Part shown: piece by piece, positions 1 to 9,361 of the stretch
Position numbering within the stretch: position 1 is the first letter of the stretch
How the letters are laid out: every line of letters begins with the position of its first letter
From: an uncultured Gemmatimonadales bacterium
GTDB taxonomy: Bacteria; Gemmatimonadota; Gemmatimonadetes; Gemmatimonadales; GWC2-71-9
Assembly: GCA_963828735.1 (NCBI GenBank)
Contig: CAWHFW010000005.1
Span: 896,001 to 960,000, forward strand
Length of the DNA stretch: 64,000 nucleotides
Reading direction: 5' to 3'
Program-made: the position numbers and the translations under genes
The notes under the pieces: model-generated
Told to the model about the DNA's origin: nothing
Seen by the model: the letters and a program-made list of their open reading frames with translations, nothing else
Database searches by the model: none

Positions 1-1
1 C

Positions 2-340
2 GGCGTATCCGTCGGACAGAGCTCGGTGCTGATGTACGACGCCGCCCTCCGGCTGCGCGTCCCCCTGACGAGAGGGCTTCCGATCTCGCCGTTCGTACAG
101 GGTGGGGCCGGGGCGGTGCGCCAATCGTTCGACGTCGGTCCGGCCTCTACACACGCGACCAACGTCGCGTACAATGTCGGTGCCGGGGCGGACGTAGGCC
201 TCGGCCGCCGGCTCGGCTTTCAACTGATGGTGAAAGACTATATCGGGAAGTTCGACGCGCGGGAGGCGACGTCGATCAACGTTGGGACGAAGACCACGCA
301 CAACTGGGCCGTGAGCGCAGGGCTACGGCTCGGCCTCTGA
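2..340 (+). CDS. Outer-membrane beta-barrel protein, C-terminal part (runs off left edge)
   Basis: Open frame from base 2 to TGA at 340; amphipathic strands PFVQGGAGAV, YNVGAGADV, final strand WAVSAGLRLGL. Confidence 0.65.
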   Translation, partial: GVSVGQSSVLMYDAALRLRVPLTRGLPISPFVQGGAGAVRQSFDVGPASTHATNVAYNVGAGADVGLGRRLGFQLMVKDYIGKFDAREATSINVGTKTTHNWAVSAGLRLGL

Positions 341-411
341 TCCTGTACCGTCACTGGCGCCGTCGGCGTGTTCTTTCTGGTGCGCCGACCGGCGTCCGCG
401 ATCCATGCACG

Positions 412-1074
412 TCAACGTGATGGCGCAGACGTGACTGCCGCCCACCGCGCGGGTGTCCGCTCGACTGCCGATCCGCCGTCCGTCTGCCCGGGCCAGCCAT
501 ACCACGTGCTCGGATCGTCGTCGTGAATCACGAAGGCGATGCCAGGCCGTCGCCCGGCTTCGCCCGCAAACCACGCCGGGTCGAGCCGCAGCACCACGGA
601 CCAGCCCGCCGTGTCGTCCGAGGAGGATACCTCCCAGCCACCGCCCGCATGCTCGGCCCCGACTCGCCAGTCGGGGTCATCGCGCGGCGGTTCCCAGCGC
701 CCAGCCCGTCCGCGATACACCACGCTGCTGTCCAGCACGCGCCGGATGGAGAACAGGAAGTCGTCATGCCCCGGCGCGGCCGTGCGATCACCGGACAGGT
801 CGAGGCACACCTCCAGCGCATCAGACCACGAGAGGCTGCGGTCGGGGACCATCGCGACCACGAAGACGGTGTCCGAGGCACGGATCAGCCACACCAGCGC
901 GCGGCCTTGCCGGGTCTCGAGCGTCACCTGAGGGGTGCCCCACCCGACGGTGTCGGGCCGCGCCTGGGCGGACGGAGCGGTGGGTACGTCTCGGATGGCG
1001 AGGGAATCGCCGTGGTCGAGCGGAACCGCGGCGCCCTGGAGCGCGGCGAGGGCGGCGGCGAGGAGAAGGGCCGT
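412..1074 (-). CDS. Secreted hypothetical protein, DOMON/CBM9-like beta-rich domain; start codon non-canonical or uncertain
   Basis: Frame of ORF 412..927 stays open to the TAG at 1078 and adds a signal-peptide-like ALLLAAALAALQG; motifs DALEVCLDLSGD and GWSVVLRL. Confidence 0.5.
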   Translation of the reverse strand, partial: TALLLAAALAALQGAAVPLDHGDSLAIRDVPTAPSAQARPDTVGWGTPQVTLETRQGRALVWLIRASDTVFVVAMVPDRSLSWSDALEVCLDLSGDRTAAPGHDDFLFSIRRVLDSSVVYRGRAGRWEPPRDDPDWRVGAEHAGGGWEVSSSDDTAGWSVVLRLDPAWFAGEAGRRPGIAFVIHDDDPSTWYGWPGQTDGGSAVERTPARWAAVTSAPSR

Positions 1075-1077
1075 GGG

Positions 1078-1569
1078 CTAGTCCGCGTCGGCGGGCGTGA
1101 GCGGCACGAGGCGGCCACGAGGCGGGATGCCGGGCTCGAGCTCCAGAATTCCGACCGACGCGGGAAGATCGAACCGCCGAGGCCCCGCGCCTCCCGGATT
1201 CATCACGGTCACGACCGTGTCCACCAGCGTGAGCACCGGCCGGTGGGTGTGGCCGAAGACGATGATCTCCGCGTCGGGAAACTCCGCCTGTAGCCGGTCC
1301 GGGGTGGGCGAGCCGAGCTGGTCGCCGTGCGTCACGATTATCGTGAAGCCGTCGAGCTCCACGCGGGCGACCCGAGGCAGTCGGTGTCGCAGCGCCCAAA
1401 CGTCGGTGTTGCCATAGACCGCGGTCAGAGGCGCGATCGCCTGCAGCTCGTCGAGGATGGCCTCACGTCCCACGTCGCCGCCATGCAGGATGTGATCGAC
1501 TCCGCTGAACACGTCGAACACCTCGGGCCGCAGGAGCCCATGGGTGTCGGAGAGTACGCCGATCCGCAT
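1078..1569 (-). CDS. YfcE/MJ0936-family metallophosphoesterase
   Basis: MRIGVLSDTHG, HGGD, GNTD, THGD, FGHTH, NPG calcineurin-like motifs; own ATG at 1569 inside the fused 567-aa ORF. Confidence 0.9.
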   Translation of the reverse strand: MRIGVLSDTHGLLRPEVFDVFSGVDHILHGGDVGREAILDELQAIAPLTAVYGNTDVWALRHRLPRVARVELDGFTIIVTHGDQLGSPTPDRLQAEFPDAEIIVFGHTHRPVLTLVDTVVTVMNPGGAGPRRFDLPASVGILELEPGIPPRGRLVPLTPADAD

Positions 1570-1580
1570 TTCGGCTTCCG

Positions 1581-2781
1581 TCAGTCGACCCGGCGGGCGG
1601 CGGCCACCCGCGCGATGACCGCGTTGAACGCCTGAAGCACCTCGGGGCCCGTGAAGGTGCAGTGCCCGTAGCGGTCGGGTGCCTGCTGCTGGAGCAGGTC
1701 CGAGGCCGCGCTCGCCGCCACCTTGCCCGCGTACCGGTCCTCCTGGCTGGCAGGGACGATCGGATCCCCCAGCGTGTGCAGGGTCCCGGCGGGAATCGTG
1801 AGCGCGCCCGAGGTCTCGAACGCGTCGAGGGCCGCGCGCGCGATCGGATCCGCGCTCACCCGCGCGACGCCGGCGTTGAGCGCGTCGTCGTCGGACGAGC
1901 CATGATACGTCGCGACCCTGGTTGTCGTACGGCTGGCCGCCGAGACGGGCCCGTGCGTCGGGCAGTGCGAAGATGTCGTACCAGAGGATGCCGAGCACGG
2001 TCGCGCCGGCGGACGGCAGGTCTTGCGGATCGTGCGGCGCGCCGGCCACGGTCAGAAGCTCGAGCGTGGTCGCGGCGTCGGCCTGGAGCGCGGCGGTCAC
2101 TTTCGGTACGTAGATCGTGTTCCACTGCGCGCGCACGGTGTCGGGAACGTCCACCGGTCCCCCGGGGATCACGCCCGGGAAGTAGTAGTCGAACAGCACG
2201 CGAAAATCACCGAGATAGTCGACCTGGCCCGCGAAGTCGCCGATCGGCCCGCACATCGCGAGCGCCGCATCGAACAAGTCGTCGTGCTGTTCGGCAGTCA
2301 GGGCGGCGACCAGACCCCCCTCCGACACGCCGACAACGACGACGCGGGACGGGTCGGGCGTAAAGCGCCCGCGGATCTCCTCGACCAGCTGGGCCACGTC
2401 GTCTACCGCCTGATCCGCCACGAGCCCGTTCGCCCGGTAGCTGGTGGTGGCGTACCCGTACCCCAGGCCGTTCACGATCTGCTCGATCGGCTGACCCTCG
2501 ACGGCGTCGTCGGGAATCGCCAACGGCTCGTCGGCCGAAACGTAGCCATGCGCGTAGACCACGAGGTCGCCGTTCCAGGCGGCCGGAAAGCAGACCCGGT
2601 ACAGCGCCGGAGATTGGGAGAGGGTCCCTTCGCGGCAGCCGGCCGTCACCGGCTCCTCCTGGTTGCCCGGCGACTGGGAATCGTCGCCGCCGCAGGCGGC
2701 CGCCTCGAGCACGCCAAGGATCAGCGCGACACGGGCGAGACGACGCGGGAGGGAAAGCGGAGATCGTGGGCAGGCGTTCAT
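1581..2781 (-). pseudogene. Alpha/beta-hydrolase lipoprotein split by a +1 frameshift near 1911 (pseudogene or sequencing error)
   Basis: Lipobox AAAC, YAHGY, nucleophile GVSEGG in the first frame; C-terminal half (TYHGSSDDDALNAGV, DPIVP, YGHC) continues in another frame ending at 1581. Confidence 0.75.
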
Positions 2782-2801
2782 GACGTGCTCACAGGCGGAA
2801 G

Positions 2802-3404
2802 CTAGGTGAGCGCCGGATCGTCACCGGTCCAGCGGCGCGCAATCTCGATGTCGAGCTCGAGCTGATCGAGTACCCGCTGGACGATGAAGTCCACCAGCTC
2901 GGCGACGGTCGCGGGCCGGTGATAGAAACCGGGCGCCGCGGGAATGACGACGGCGCCGGCTTCCGTGACCGCCACCAGGTTGCGGAGATGCACGAGCGAC
3001 AGCGGCGTTTCGCGCGGGACGAGGATCAGCTTCCGCCGCTCCTTGAGCGTCACGTCCGCGGCGCGCTCCACCAGCGAACGGCTGGTGCCGCCGGCGATGG
3101 CCGCCACGGTGCCCATCGAGCAGGGACAGACGACCATGCCGTGCGTGCGCTGCGAGCCGGACGCCGGCAGCGCGCCACGATCGTCGTCGGGGAACGCGGT
3201 CACCGATCCCCAATCGCTGCCCGTGCTCACCCGCAGAGCCTCCATCGACTCGATGCCGCACTCGTCCCGCAGCAGACGCATGCCGTGGGTCGAGGCGATG
3301 AGCCAGACCGGCACCTGGTGGCGCGCCAGCACGTCGAGGAGGCGGACACCGTAAGGCGCGCCGGATGCCCCGGTGAGGGCGAGCACGACGGGATGGCGGG
3401 TCAC
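2802..3404 (-). CDS. ubiX: Flavin prenyltransferase UbiX
   Basis: ALTGASGAPYG, ASGS, PCSMGT, RAADVTLKERRKLILVPRETP, PGFY. Confidence 0.95.
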   Translation of the reverse strand: MTRHPVVLALTGASGAPYGVRLLDVLARHQVPVWLIASTHGMRLLRDECGIESMEALRVSTGSDWGSVTAFPDDDRGALPASGSQRTHGMVVCPCSMGTVAAIAGGTSRSLVERAADVTLKERRKLILVPRETPLSLVHLRNLVAVTEAGAVVIPAAPGFYHRPATVAELVDFIVQRVLDQLELDIEIARRWTGDDPALT

Positions 3405-3556
3405 CGTCCCCGCCGGTTGGGCGTCGGAGAGCGCACCGGGTGTTTCGGCTGGGCGTGCGGTGGCGGGCGTCGCGTGGGCTGCGGCGTCGGCCGGGATGGG
3501 GAGCCCGAGGTTCCGCGCCGACCGTCTCGCGGCTCTGGGCGAGGCGGCGTGTTCAT
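3401..3556 (-). CDS. Putative 51-aa Pro/Arg-rich small protein, translationally coupled at both ends
   Basis: ATG overlaps the ubiA stop (ATGA) and its TGA overlaps the ubiX GTG (GTGA); fills the gap exactly. Confidence 0.35.
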   Translation of the reverse strand: MNTPPRPEPRDGRRGTSGSPSRPTPQPTRRPPPHAQPKHPVRSPTPNRRGR

Positions 3557-4455
3557 CGCGACAGCCGATCGATCAGGGCGAACGCGAAGACGGTGAGGCT
3601 CATGACCCCGTTCATGGTGAAGAACGCCGCATCGAGGCGGGACAGGTCGCCGGGGCGGACGAGTCGGTGCTCGTAGGCGAGGATGCCCGCCGCGACGGCC
3701 AAACCGGCGAAGTACCAGAGGCCGAAGTCCGCACCCCACCCGAAGAGCGCGAGCGCCGGCACCGTCGCGCCATGCAGTACCTTCGCCAGCCGGATGGCCC
3801 GCACCTCGCCGAGGCGCACGACGGCGCTTCGAAGTCCATGGGCCTGGTCGAAGCCCTCGTCGGGCAGCGCGTAGAAGATGTCGAAGCCGGCGACCCAGGT
3901 GGCCACCGCGAGCGTCACCGAGAGCAGCAGCCACGCCGGACGGCTCCAGTGCCCGGTGACCGCGAGATACCCGCCGACCGGCGCAATCGCGAGGCTCATC
4001 CCGAGCCAGAGGTGCGGCCACCAGGTGAAGCGCTTGGTGAGACTGTACGTCAGGATCCAGGCCAGCGCGAGCGGACTGAGCAGGAAGCAGAGCGGGTTGA
4101 GCTTCCAAGCGGCGAGCAGGAACAACGCGGCGGCAACGATGATCGAGACCCATGCCTGAACCGGGGTCAGCGTCCCACGCGGCAGCTCCCGGTTCCGCGT
4201 GCGCGGGTTGACCGCGTCGAACCGGAGATCGGCGACGCGATTGAATCCCATCGCCGCCCAGCGGGCCGCCGAGAACGCCACCACGACGAGCACCACCATG
4301 CCGATCGTGACGGGGGCCGTTCGCGAGGCCGCCAGCACGCCGAGCAGCGCGAACGGCAACGCGAAGAGCGTGTGCGGAAGCTTGACGAAGTTCACGTAGC
4401 GGACGAGGAGCGACTCGCCGGCGAATGTCTGGCCCTCGCGCGCGGGAGAGGTCAC
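3553..4455 (-). CDS. ubiA: UbiA-family polyprenyltransferase (MqnP-like, menaquinone)
   Basis: HTLFALPFA, AMGFNRVADLRFDAVNPRT, YSLTKRFT, GFDIFYALPD, AFFTMNG; GTG start overlaps ubiD stop. Confidence 0.9.
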   Translation of the reverse strand: MTSPAREGQTFAGESLLVRYVNFVKLPHTLFALPFALLGVLAASRTAPVTIGMVVLVVVAFSAARWAAMGFNRVADLRFDAVNPRTRNRELPRGTLTPVQAWVSIIVAAALFLLAAWKLNPLCFLLSPLALAWILTYSLTKRFTWWPHLWLGMSLAIAPVGGYLAVTGHWSRPAWLLLSVTLAVATWVAGFDIFYALPDEGFDQAHGLRSAVVRLGEVRAIRLAKVLHGATVPALALFGWGADFGLWYFAGLAVAAGILAYEHRLVRPGDLSRLDAAFFTMNGVMSLTVFAFALIDRLSR

Positions 4456-5930
4456 AGGCGGATGCCCAGCCGCGGCCACAATTCGTCGACCCGCCGCTTG
4501 GTCTCATCGTCCATCCGGATCAGGTCCGGCCATTCCCGCGTGAATCCCTCTTCCTTCCACTTCCGCGTCGCGTCGATTCCCATCTTGCTCCCGAACGTGA
4601 AACCGCGGCTCGCGTGGTCAAGCACGTCCACCGGCCCCATCGTGAAGCGCACGTCGCGCTCGGGATCGATGTTGTTCAATGCGATCCACCACGCCTCATC
4701 GGGGTTTTGCACGTTGACGTGCTTGTCCACGATCACCAGCACCTTCGCGAGCGACATCAGCCCCTGCCCCCACAGCGCGTTCATCACCTTGTAGGCCTGA
4801 CCCGGATACTGCTTGTCGATCGAGACGAACACCAGGTTGTGGAAGATGCCGGCGGCCGGCATGTGGTAGTCCACGATCTCGGGGACGGTGAGCTTGAGCA
4901 GGGGCAGGAAGATCCGCTCGGTCGCGTGTCCCAGGTAATAGTCCTCCATCGGTGGCGGACCCACCAGGGTGGCGGGGTAGATCGGGTCGCGCCGAGCCGT
5001 CATGGCGGTGACGTGGACCAGGGGATAGAGGTCGGCGAGAGAGTAGAAGCCGGTATGGTCCCCGAACGGTCCCTCGAGCACGAGCGCCTCGGCTGGATCG
5101 ATGTATCCCTCCAGCACCATCTCCGCCTCGGCGGGCAGTTCGAGATCGCAGGTGACGGCACGGACGAGCTCGACCGGCTCCCGGCGCAGGAAGCCGGCGA
5201 AGATGAACTCGTCGATCGTGGGCGGCAGCGGCGCCGAGCCGGAGTAGATGCTGGCGGGGTCGCCTCCGAGCGCGATGACGACGGGCATCCGCTCACCGCG
5301 CTCCGCCATTTCCCGCCAATGCGCGGCGCCCACCTTGTGCCGCTGCCAGTGCATCGCGAGCGTGTTGCGCCCCAGCACCTGGACGCGGTACATCCCGACG
5401 TTCCGGATGCCGCGCGACGGATCGGTCGTGATCACCATCGGCAGGGTGATGTAGCGCCCGCCGTCCCCCGGCCAGGTCGTGAGAAACGGGACGTCGTCGA
5501 GGTTCACGGCGTCGCCGCGAAGGACGACGTCCTGGCACGGGGCGCGTCCGCCCTTCATCCGGGGCGGAAACTTTCCGATCTCCGCGAGCTTCGGAAGCAT
5601 CGCCAGCTTGCCGAGCAGTCCCTCGGGGACCTTGATATTGAGCATGTCAGCGATGCGGGCACCGATGCTGTCGAGCTCCTCGACGCCGAGGGCGAGGCAC
5701 ATCCGGCGCATCGAGCCGAACAGGTTGATGGCCACCGGCTGCGAGCTCCGGCGGCCGTCCTCGAGGAGGACGTGCTCGAAGAGGAGCGCGGGGCCGCCGC
5801 CCGGGCTCTTCATGCAGCGATCGGCGATCTCCGCGACCTCGAGACGCGCGCGAACCGGCTGCGTGATCCGGACGAGCTCGCCGAGGCGGTCGATGTCCTG
5901 GATGAACTGGCGGAGGTTGTCGAGGGCCAT
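4452..5930 (-). CDS. ubiD: UbiD-family prFMN decarboxylase (MqnL-like, menaquinone)
   Basis: WPGDGGRYITLP, RNVGMYRVQ, EGPFGDHTGFYS, GSKMGIDATRK. Confidence 0.95.
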   Translation of the reverse strand: MALDNLRQFIQDIDRLGELVRITQPVRARLEVAEIADRCMKSPGGGPALLFEHVLLEDGRRSSQPVAINLFGSMRRMCLALGVEELDSIGARIADMLNIKVPEGLLGKLAMLPKLAEIGKFPPRMKGGRAPCQDVVLRGDAVNLDDVPFLTTWPGDGGRYITLPMVITTDPSRGIRNVGMYRVQVLGRNTLAMHWQRHKVGAAHWREMAERGERMPVVIALGGDPASIYSGSAPLPPTIDEFIFAGFLRREPVELVRAVTCDLELPAEAEMVLEGYIDPAEALVLEGPFGDHTGFYSLADLYPLVHVTAMTARRDPIYPATLVGPPPMEDYYLGHATERIFLPLLKLTVPEIVDYHMPAAGIFHNLVFVSIDKQYPGQAYKVMNALWGQGLMSLAKVLVIVDKHVNVQNPDEAWWIALNNIDPERDVRFTMGPVDVLDHASRGFTFGSKMGIDATRKWKEEGFTREWPDLIRMDDETKRRVDELWPRLGIRL

Positions 5931-6048
5931 GGGGGTCGATGCTAGGGGTGGGCCATCGGTCGAACCGGAGTCATCGCGGCGGCAACGGCCGCCCGCTCGG
6001 CGTCACCGCTCCGGACGACGCGGAACCTCGCCCGCGCGCCCGCCGTCC

Positions 6049-6786
6049 TCACGGCGCCACGTCCCGCGTCCCCACGTGCAGGGCGCACACGCCGCCCATG
6101 AACAGCTCGAAGGCCACCTCCCGAAATCCCTGCGCCTCCAGCCGGCGGGCGAGCTCGGGTGGCTCGGGAAACGCGAACGTCGACGCTGGTAACCACGTAT
6201 AGGCGGTCGTATGTTTCGAGATCGAGCGGCCGATCCACGGCAGCACGCGCCGGAAATAGAGCGTATACAATCGTCGCAGCAACGGGTGGCGCGGCAGCGC
6301 CATTTCCAGGATCACGAGGCGGCCGCCAGGCTTGAGCACGCGGGCGGCCTCGGCGAGTCCCGCATCGAGGTCCGCCAGGTTTCGCACTCCCCATCCGACC
6401 ATCGCGCCGTCGAAGGAGGCGTCCGGGAACGGCAGCTCGAGCGCGTCGGCCGTCACCGGCGCCACCCGGCGGGCCTTCGACCGCCCGAGACGCAGCATGG
6501 CGGGGACGAAGTCGGCGCCGGCGACGAACCCGCGAAAGCCGCGCGTCGTCGCGAGAGCGGCTGCGAAGTCGAGGGTTCCCGCGCACAGGTCGAGGTAGAT
6601 TCCGTCCGGCTTCCGCTCCCACCCCAGCCGACCGATCGCGTAGCGCCGCCAGCCTTGATCGAGCCGAAGGCTGATGATGCGGTTGAGGCGGTCGTAGGTG
6701 GGGGCGATCGCGGTGAAAACGTCCCGGACATAGGCCCGCTTCTCCGGGCCGCCCGAGACGGGTAACTCACGATCCGAGGCTAACAT
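6049..6786 (-). CDS. menG: Demethylmenaquinone methyltransferase UbiE/MenG
   Basis: FTAIAPTYDRLNRIIS, LDLCAGT, ADALELPFPDASFD, RVLKPGG, AYTWLPAS. Confidence 0.9.
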   Translation of the reverse strand: MLASDRELPVSGGPEKRAYVRDVFTAIAPTYDRLNRIISLRLDQGWRRYAIGRLGWERKPDGIYLDLCAGTLDFAAALATTRGFRGFVAGADFVPAMLRLGRSKARRVAPVTADALELPFPDASFDGAMVGWGVRNLADLDAGLAEAARVLKPGGRLVILEMALPRHPLLRRLYTLYFRRVLPWIGRSISKHTTAYTWLPASTFAFPEPPELARRLEAQGFREVAFELFMGGVCALHVGTRDVAP

Positions 6787-6794
6787 AGGCGCTC

Positions 6795-6824
6795 AATGTA
6801 GTCCTGCGGCGAGAGCCTTGGCAA
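6795..6824 (-). promoter_or_regulatory. Sigma70-type promoter for menG, probably leaderless
   Basis: TTGCCA-N18-TACATT, 8 nt upstream of the ATG. Confidence 0.55.
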
Positions 6825-6836
6825 GGCGGCGCGCGG

Positions 6837-7442
6837 GTGGCTGACACCCCGGAGTGGTTCCGCCTCACCGACCAGGAGGTCGTCCTCATGGCCCGGGCGG
6901 GCCGCGAGACGGCCTACCGGGAGCTGATCCGCCGCTACGAGCGGCCGATCTTCGCGTTGCTCTACCGCATGGTGCGCGACCGCGAGCTCGCGGAGGACTT
7001 GGCGCAAGAAACCTTCATCAAGGCGCTCAACGCCATCGAGTCGTACCGTCCGGAGTTCAAGTTCTCCTCCTGGATCTTCAAGATCGCCAACAACGCGGCC
7101 ATCGATCACCTCCGGCGGCGTGAGCTGGATACGCTGTCCCTCGACGGCTCACCGCACGCCGCGACGCCCGAGGCCATGCAGGCCACCGCCCTCCAGATCG
7201 GCGCGCGACAGGAATCGCCGCTCGACGCGGTCGAGGCGAAGGAGCTGGGGGGCGCCATCGAGGCAGCCATCGGCCGGCTCAGACCTGAATACCGATCCTG
7301 CATCCTGCTGCGCCATGTCGAGGGGCGCGCCTACGAGGAAATCGCCGAGATGCTGGACCTCCCGCTCGGCACCGTCAAGACGTACATCCACCGGGCCCGC
7401 AACGAGCTGCGACAGACGTTGGCCCACCTGCGCGAAGAATGA
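6837..7442 (+). CDS. ECF sigma factor, SigW/RpoE-like
   Basis: AEDLAQETFIKA, KFSSWIFKIANN, YEEIAEMLDLPLGTVKTYIHRAR. Confidence 0.95.
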   Translation: MADTPEWFRLTDQEVVLMARAGRETAYRELIRRYERPIFALLYRMVRDRELAEDLAQETFIKALNAIESYRPEFKFSSWIFKIANNAAIDHLRRRELDTLSLDGSPHAATPEAMQATALQIGARQESPLDAVEAKELGGAIEAAIGRLRPEYRSCILLRHVEGRAYEEIAEMLDLPLGTVKTYIHRARNELRQTLAHLREE

Positions 7443-7466
7443 AACCTCCCCTGTTCCCCGACCGTA
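7440..7466 (+). promoter_or_regulatory. SigW-type ECF promoter overlapping the sigma stop codon
   Basis: TGAAAC-N17-CGTA, ending 13 nt before the anti-sigma ATG. Confidence 0.65.
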
Positions 7467-7479
7467 GGAGGGTCCACTT

Positions 7480-8088
7480 ATGACCCCTGTTTCCGGCCAC
7501 CATCTCTCGCCCGAGGATTTCGACGCGTGGCTCGCCGGCGCGCTCGCGCCGGCCGCGGAGGAACACCTGGCCGGCTGCCTCGCCTGCCGCGAGCGCGCCG
7601 AGACCGAGCGGGAGGTCGTCGCGCTGGTCGAGGCGCTCCCGCTGATGGGCCCCACGCCCGGCTTTGCCGATCGGGTCATGGCGCGCGTAACCATTCCGAG
7701 CGCGGTGCACGAGCGGACGCTCGACCTGCTCCGCCGTCGGGTCTTCGCCACGAAGCGCTCGCTGGCCATTGCCGCCAGCCTCCTTGTCCTCGTCGCGGGC
7801 TCGATGGCCGGCAGCATCGTGTGGACCCTTGGCCATCAGGAAACCCTGGCCGCGCTCGGCGGCTGGCTTAGCGCCCAGGCCGGTCAGGCCGCGTGGCTGG
7901 GGGTCCGAGGCATCGCGTCGAACTTCATCGAGCAGCCCTGGTTCGCGGGGCTCAAGGCGCTGGCCGGGAGCCCGGGTCGTCTCGGGATCGCCTCCGCCGT
8001 CACCCTCCTCGCCTACCTGAGCGGAGTGCTCGCGCTTCGCCGCCTCCTGGCTTTGCCGACGCAGCGGGTGGCTCATGTCGGCGCATAG
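7480..8088 (+). CDS. ZAS (zf-HC2) anti-sigma factor with transmembrane helices
   Basis: HLAGCLACR (HxxxCxxC), PGFADRVM, two hydrophobic segments; directly downstream of sigma. Confidence 0.8.
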   Translation: MTPVSGHHLSPEDFDAWLAGALAPAAEEHLAGCLACRERAETEREVVALVEALPLMGPTPGFADRVMARVTIPSAVHERTLDLLRRRVFATKRSLAIAASLLVLVAGSMAGSIVWTLGHQETLAALGGWLSAQAGQAAWLGVRGIASNFIEQPWFAGLKALAGSPGRLGIASAVTLLAYLSGVLALRRLLALPTQRVAHVGA

Positions 8089-9361
8089 GCGGCTCGCCAC
8101 ACTCCTGGCGCTGGCGGCATTGACCGCCCCGAACATCGCCTTCGCCGCCCCCCGGCTTGATCCGACGGGCTCCCGGGCGGTCGAGCTGGTCCACGGGTTC
8201 TGGACACTCGTATCCGATGTCGCGGGCCCGGCCGACGGCACCCAGACTCCTCATCCCGCTCCGCAGGCCATCCCACAGGCTCCGAGCACGCAGGCGCCGG
8301 TCCGCCTCGACGACCTGAGCAAGCCCGGCTCGGTGGAAGCGCAGCTGCGGGCCGCGCTCCGCCCTCAGGATGGCACCGTCCGGGTCACGGTGGCCAACGG
8401 CGTCGGACGACTCGGCGACTACAGCATTGGCTCGAACGAGACCGTGTCGGGTCACTTGCTCGTGGTGCAGGGCACCGCGGACGTCTATGGCAAGCTGCTG
8501 GGCAATCTCGTTACCGTCGAAGGCGACGTGGTGCTGCACCCGGGCGGTGTCGTGTCGGGCGACATCCTGACACTCGGCGGCGAGGTGCGCGACGAAGGAG
8601 GCGAGATCGGCGGCGAGGTGCGCACTTTCCGGTCAGCCACCGTGCTCACGGCGCCGATTCGGACCCAGGCCGCTCCACCCAGCGCCCTCGAGACGGTGTT
8701 CCGGCGGCTCGCCGGCGTAGTGGGCGTTTTCCTCACGCTCGGCGCGCTCGGGTTCGGGCTCGTGATGTTCGGGCGGCCGAACCTGGAGGTCGTATCAGAC
8801 ACGGTCTCGCACTCGTTCGGACGCGCCTTCACGACGGGCCTCCTCGGCCAGCTGCTCCTTCTGCCGACGTTCGGCATGCTCGTCGTCGGCCTCATCCTCA
8901 GCGTGGTCGGCATCGTGCTGCTGCCCTTCGCCGTCGTGGTCTACGCGCTTCTCGTGATCGTCGCGGCGGTCGGCGGCTATCTCGCCGTCGCCCACGCGAT
9001 GGGCGAGACCTACACCCGTCGCCGGCTCGCGCTCGGCGTGATGATCGGGTCGCCCAACAGCTACCGGTACCTGCTGGTGGGCCTCGGGGCCATGGCGGCG
9101 TTCTGGCTCGCCTGGTCCGTGTTCGGCTGGGTGCCCGTGGCCGGCGATCTGATCCGCGGCGCAGCCATCCTCGTCACCTGGCTGCTGGGCACCGCCGGTT
9201 TCGGCGCCGCGCTGCTCAGCCGCGCCGGCATCCGCGAGAACTTCGCCGGGCGCCTCATCCCGCCGGAGGCGCTCACCGACGAATACCTCTGGGCCACGCC
9301 GCAGTTCGGGGTGACGGCCGCCAAGCGTCCCGGCTCCCGCACGCCCACGCGAGGCCTCTGA
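8075..9361 (+). CDS. Membrane protein with bactofilin-like beta-helix region and multi-TM C-terminus
   Basis: Signal peptide, V-x-G-D/N-L/V repeats (VSGHLLVV, LLGNLVTV, VSGDILTL), about five TM helices. Confidence 0.7.
   Translation: MSAHRRLATLLALAALTAPNIAFAAPRLDPTGSRAVELVHGFWTLVSDVAGPADGTQTPHPAPQAIPQAPSTQAPVRLDDLSKPGSVEAQLRAALRPQDGTVRVTVANGVGRLGDYSIGSNETVSGHLLVVQGTADVYGKLLGNLVTVEGDVVLHPGGVVSGDILTLGGEVRDEGGEIGGEVRTFRSATVLTAPIRTQAAPPSALETVFRRLAGVVGVFLTLGALGFGLVMFGRPNLEVVSDTVSHSFGRAFTTGLLGQLLLLPTFGMLVVGLILSVVGIVLLPFAVVVYALLVIVAAVGGYLAVAHAMGETYTRRRLALGVMIGSPNSYRYLLVGLGAMAAFWLAWSVFGWVPVAGDLIRGAAILVTWLLGTAGFGAALLSRAGIRENFAGRLIPPEALTDEYLWATPQFGVTAAKRPGSRTPTRGL

Noticed and set aside
1078..2781. 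567-aa hydrolase-phosphoesterase as a genuine fusion protein
   Set aside because: The middle section is out-of-frame Arg-rich sequence; the true hydrolase C-terminus is in another frame.
5942..6052. 36-aa ORF between menG and ubiD
   Set aside because: Coupled at one end only and featureless; could be chance in GC-rich DNA.
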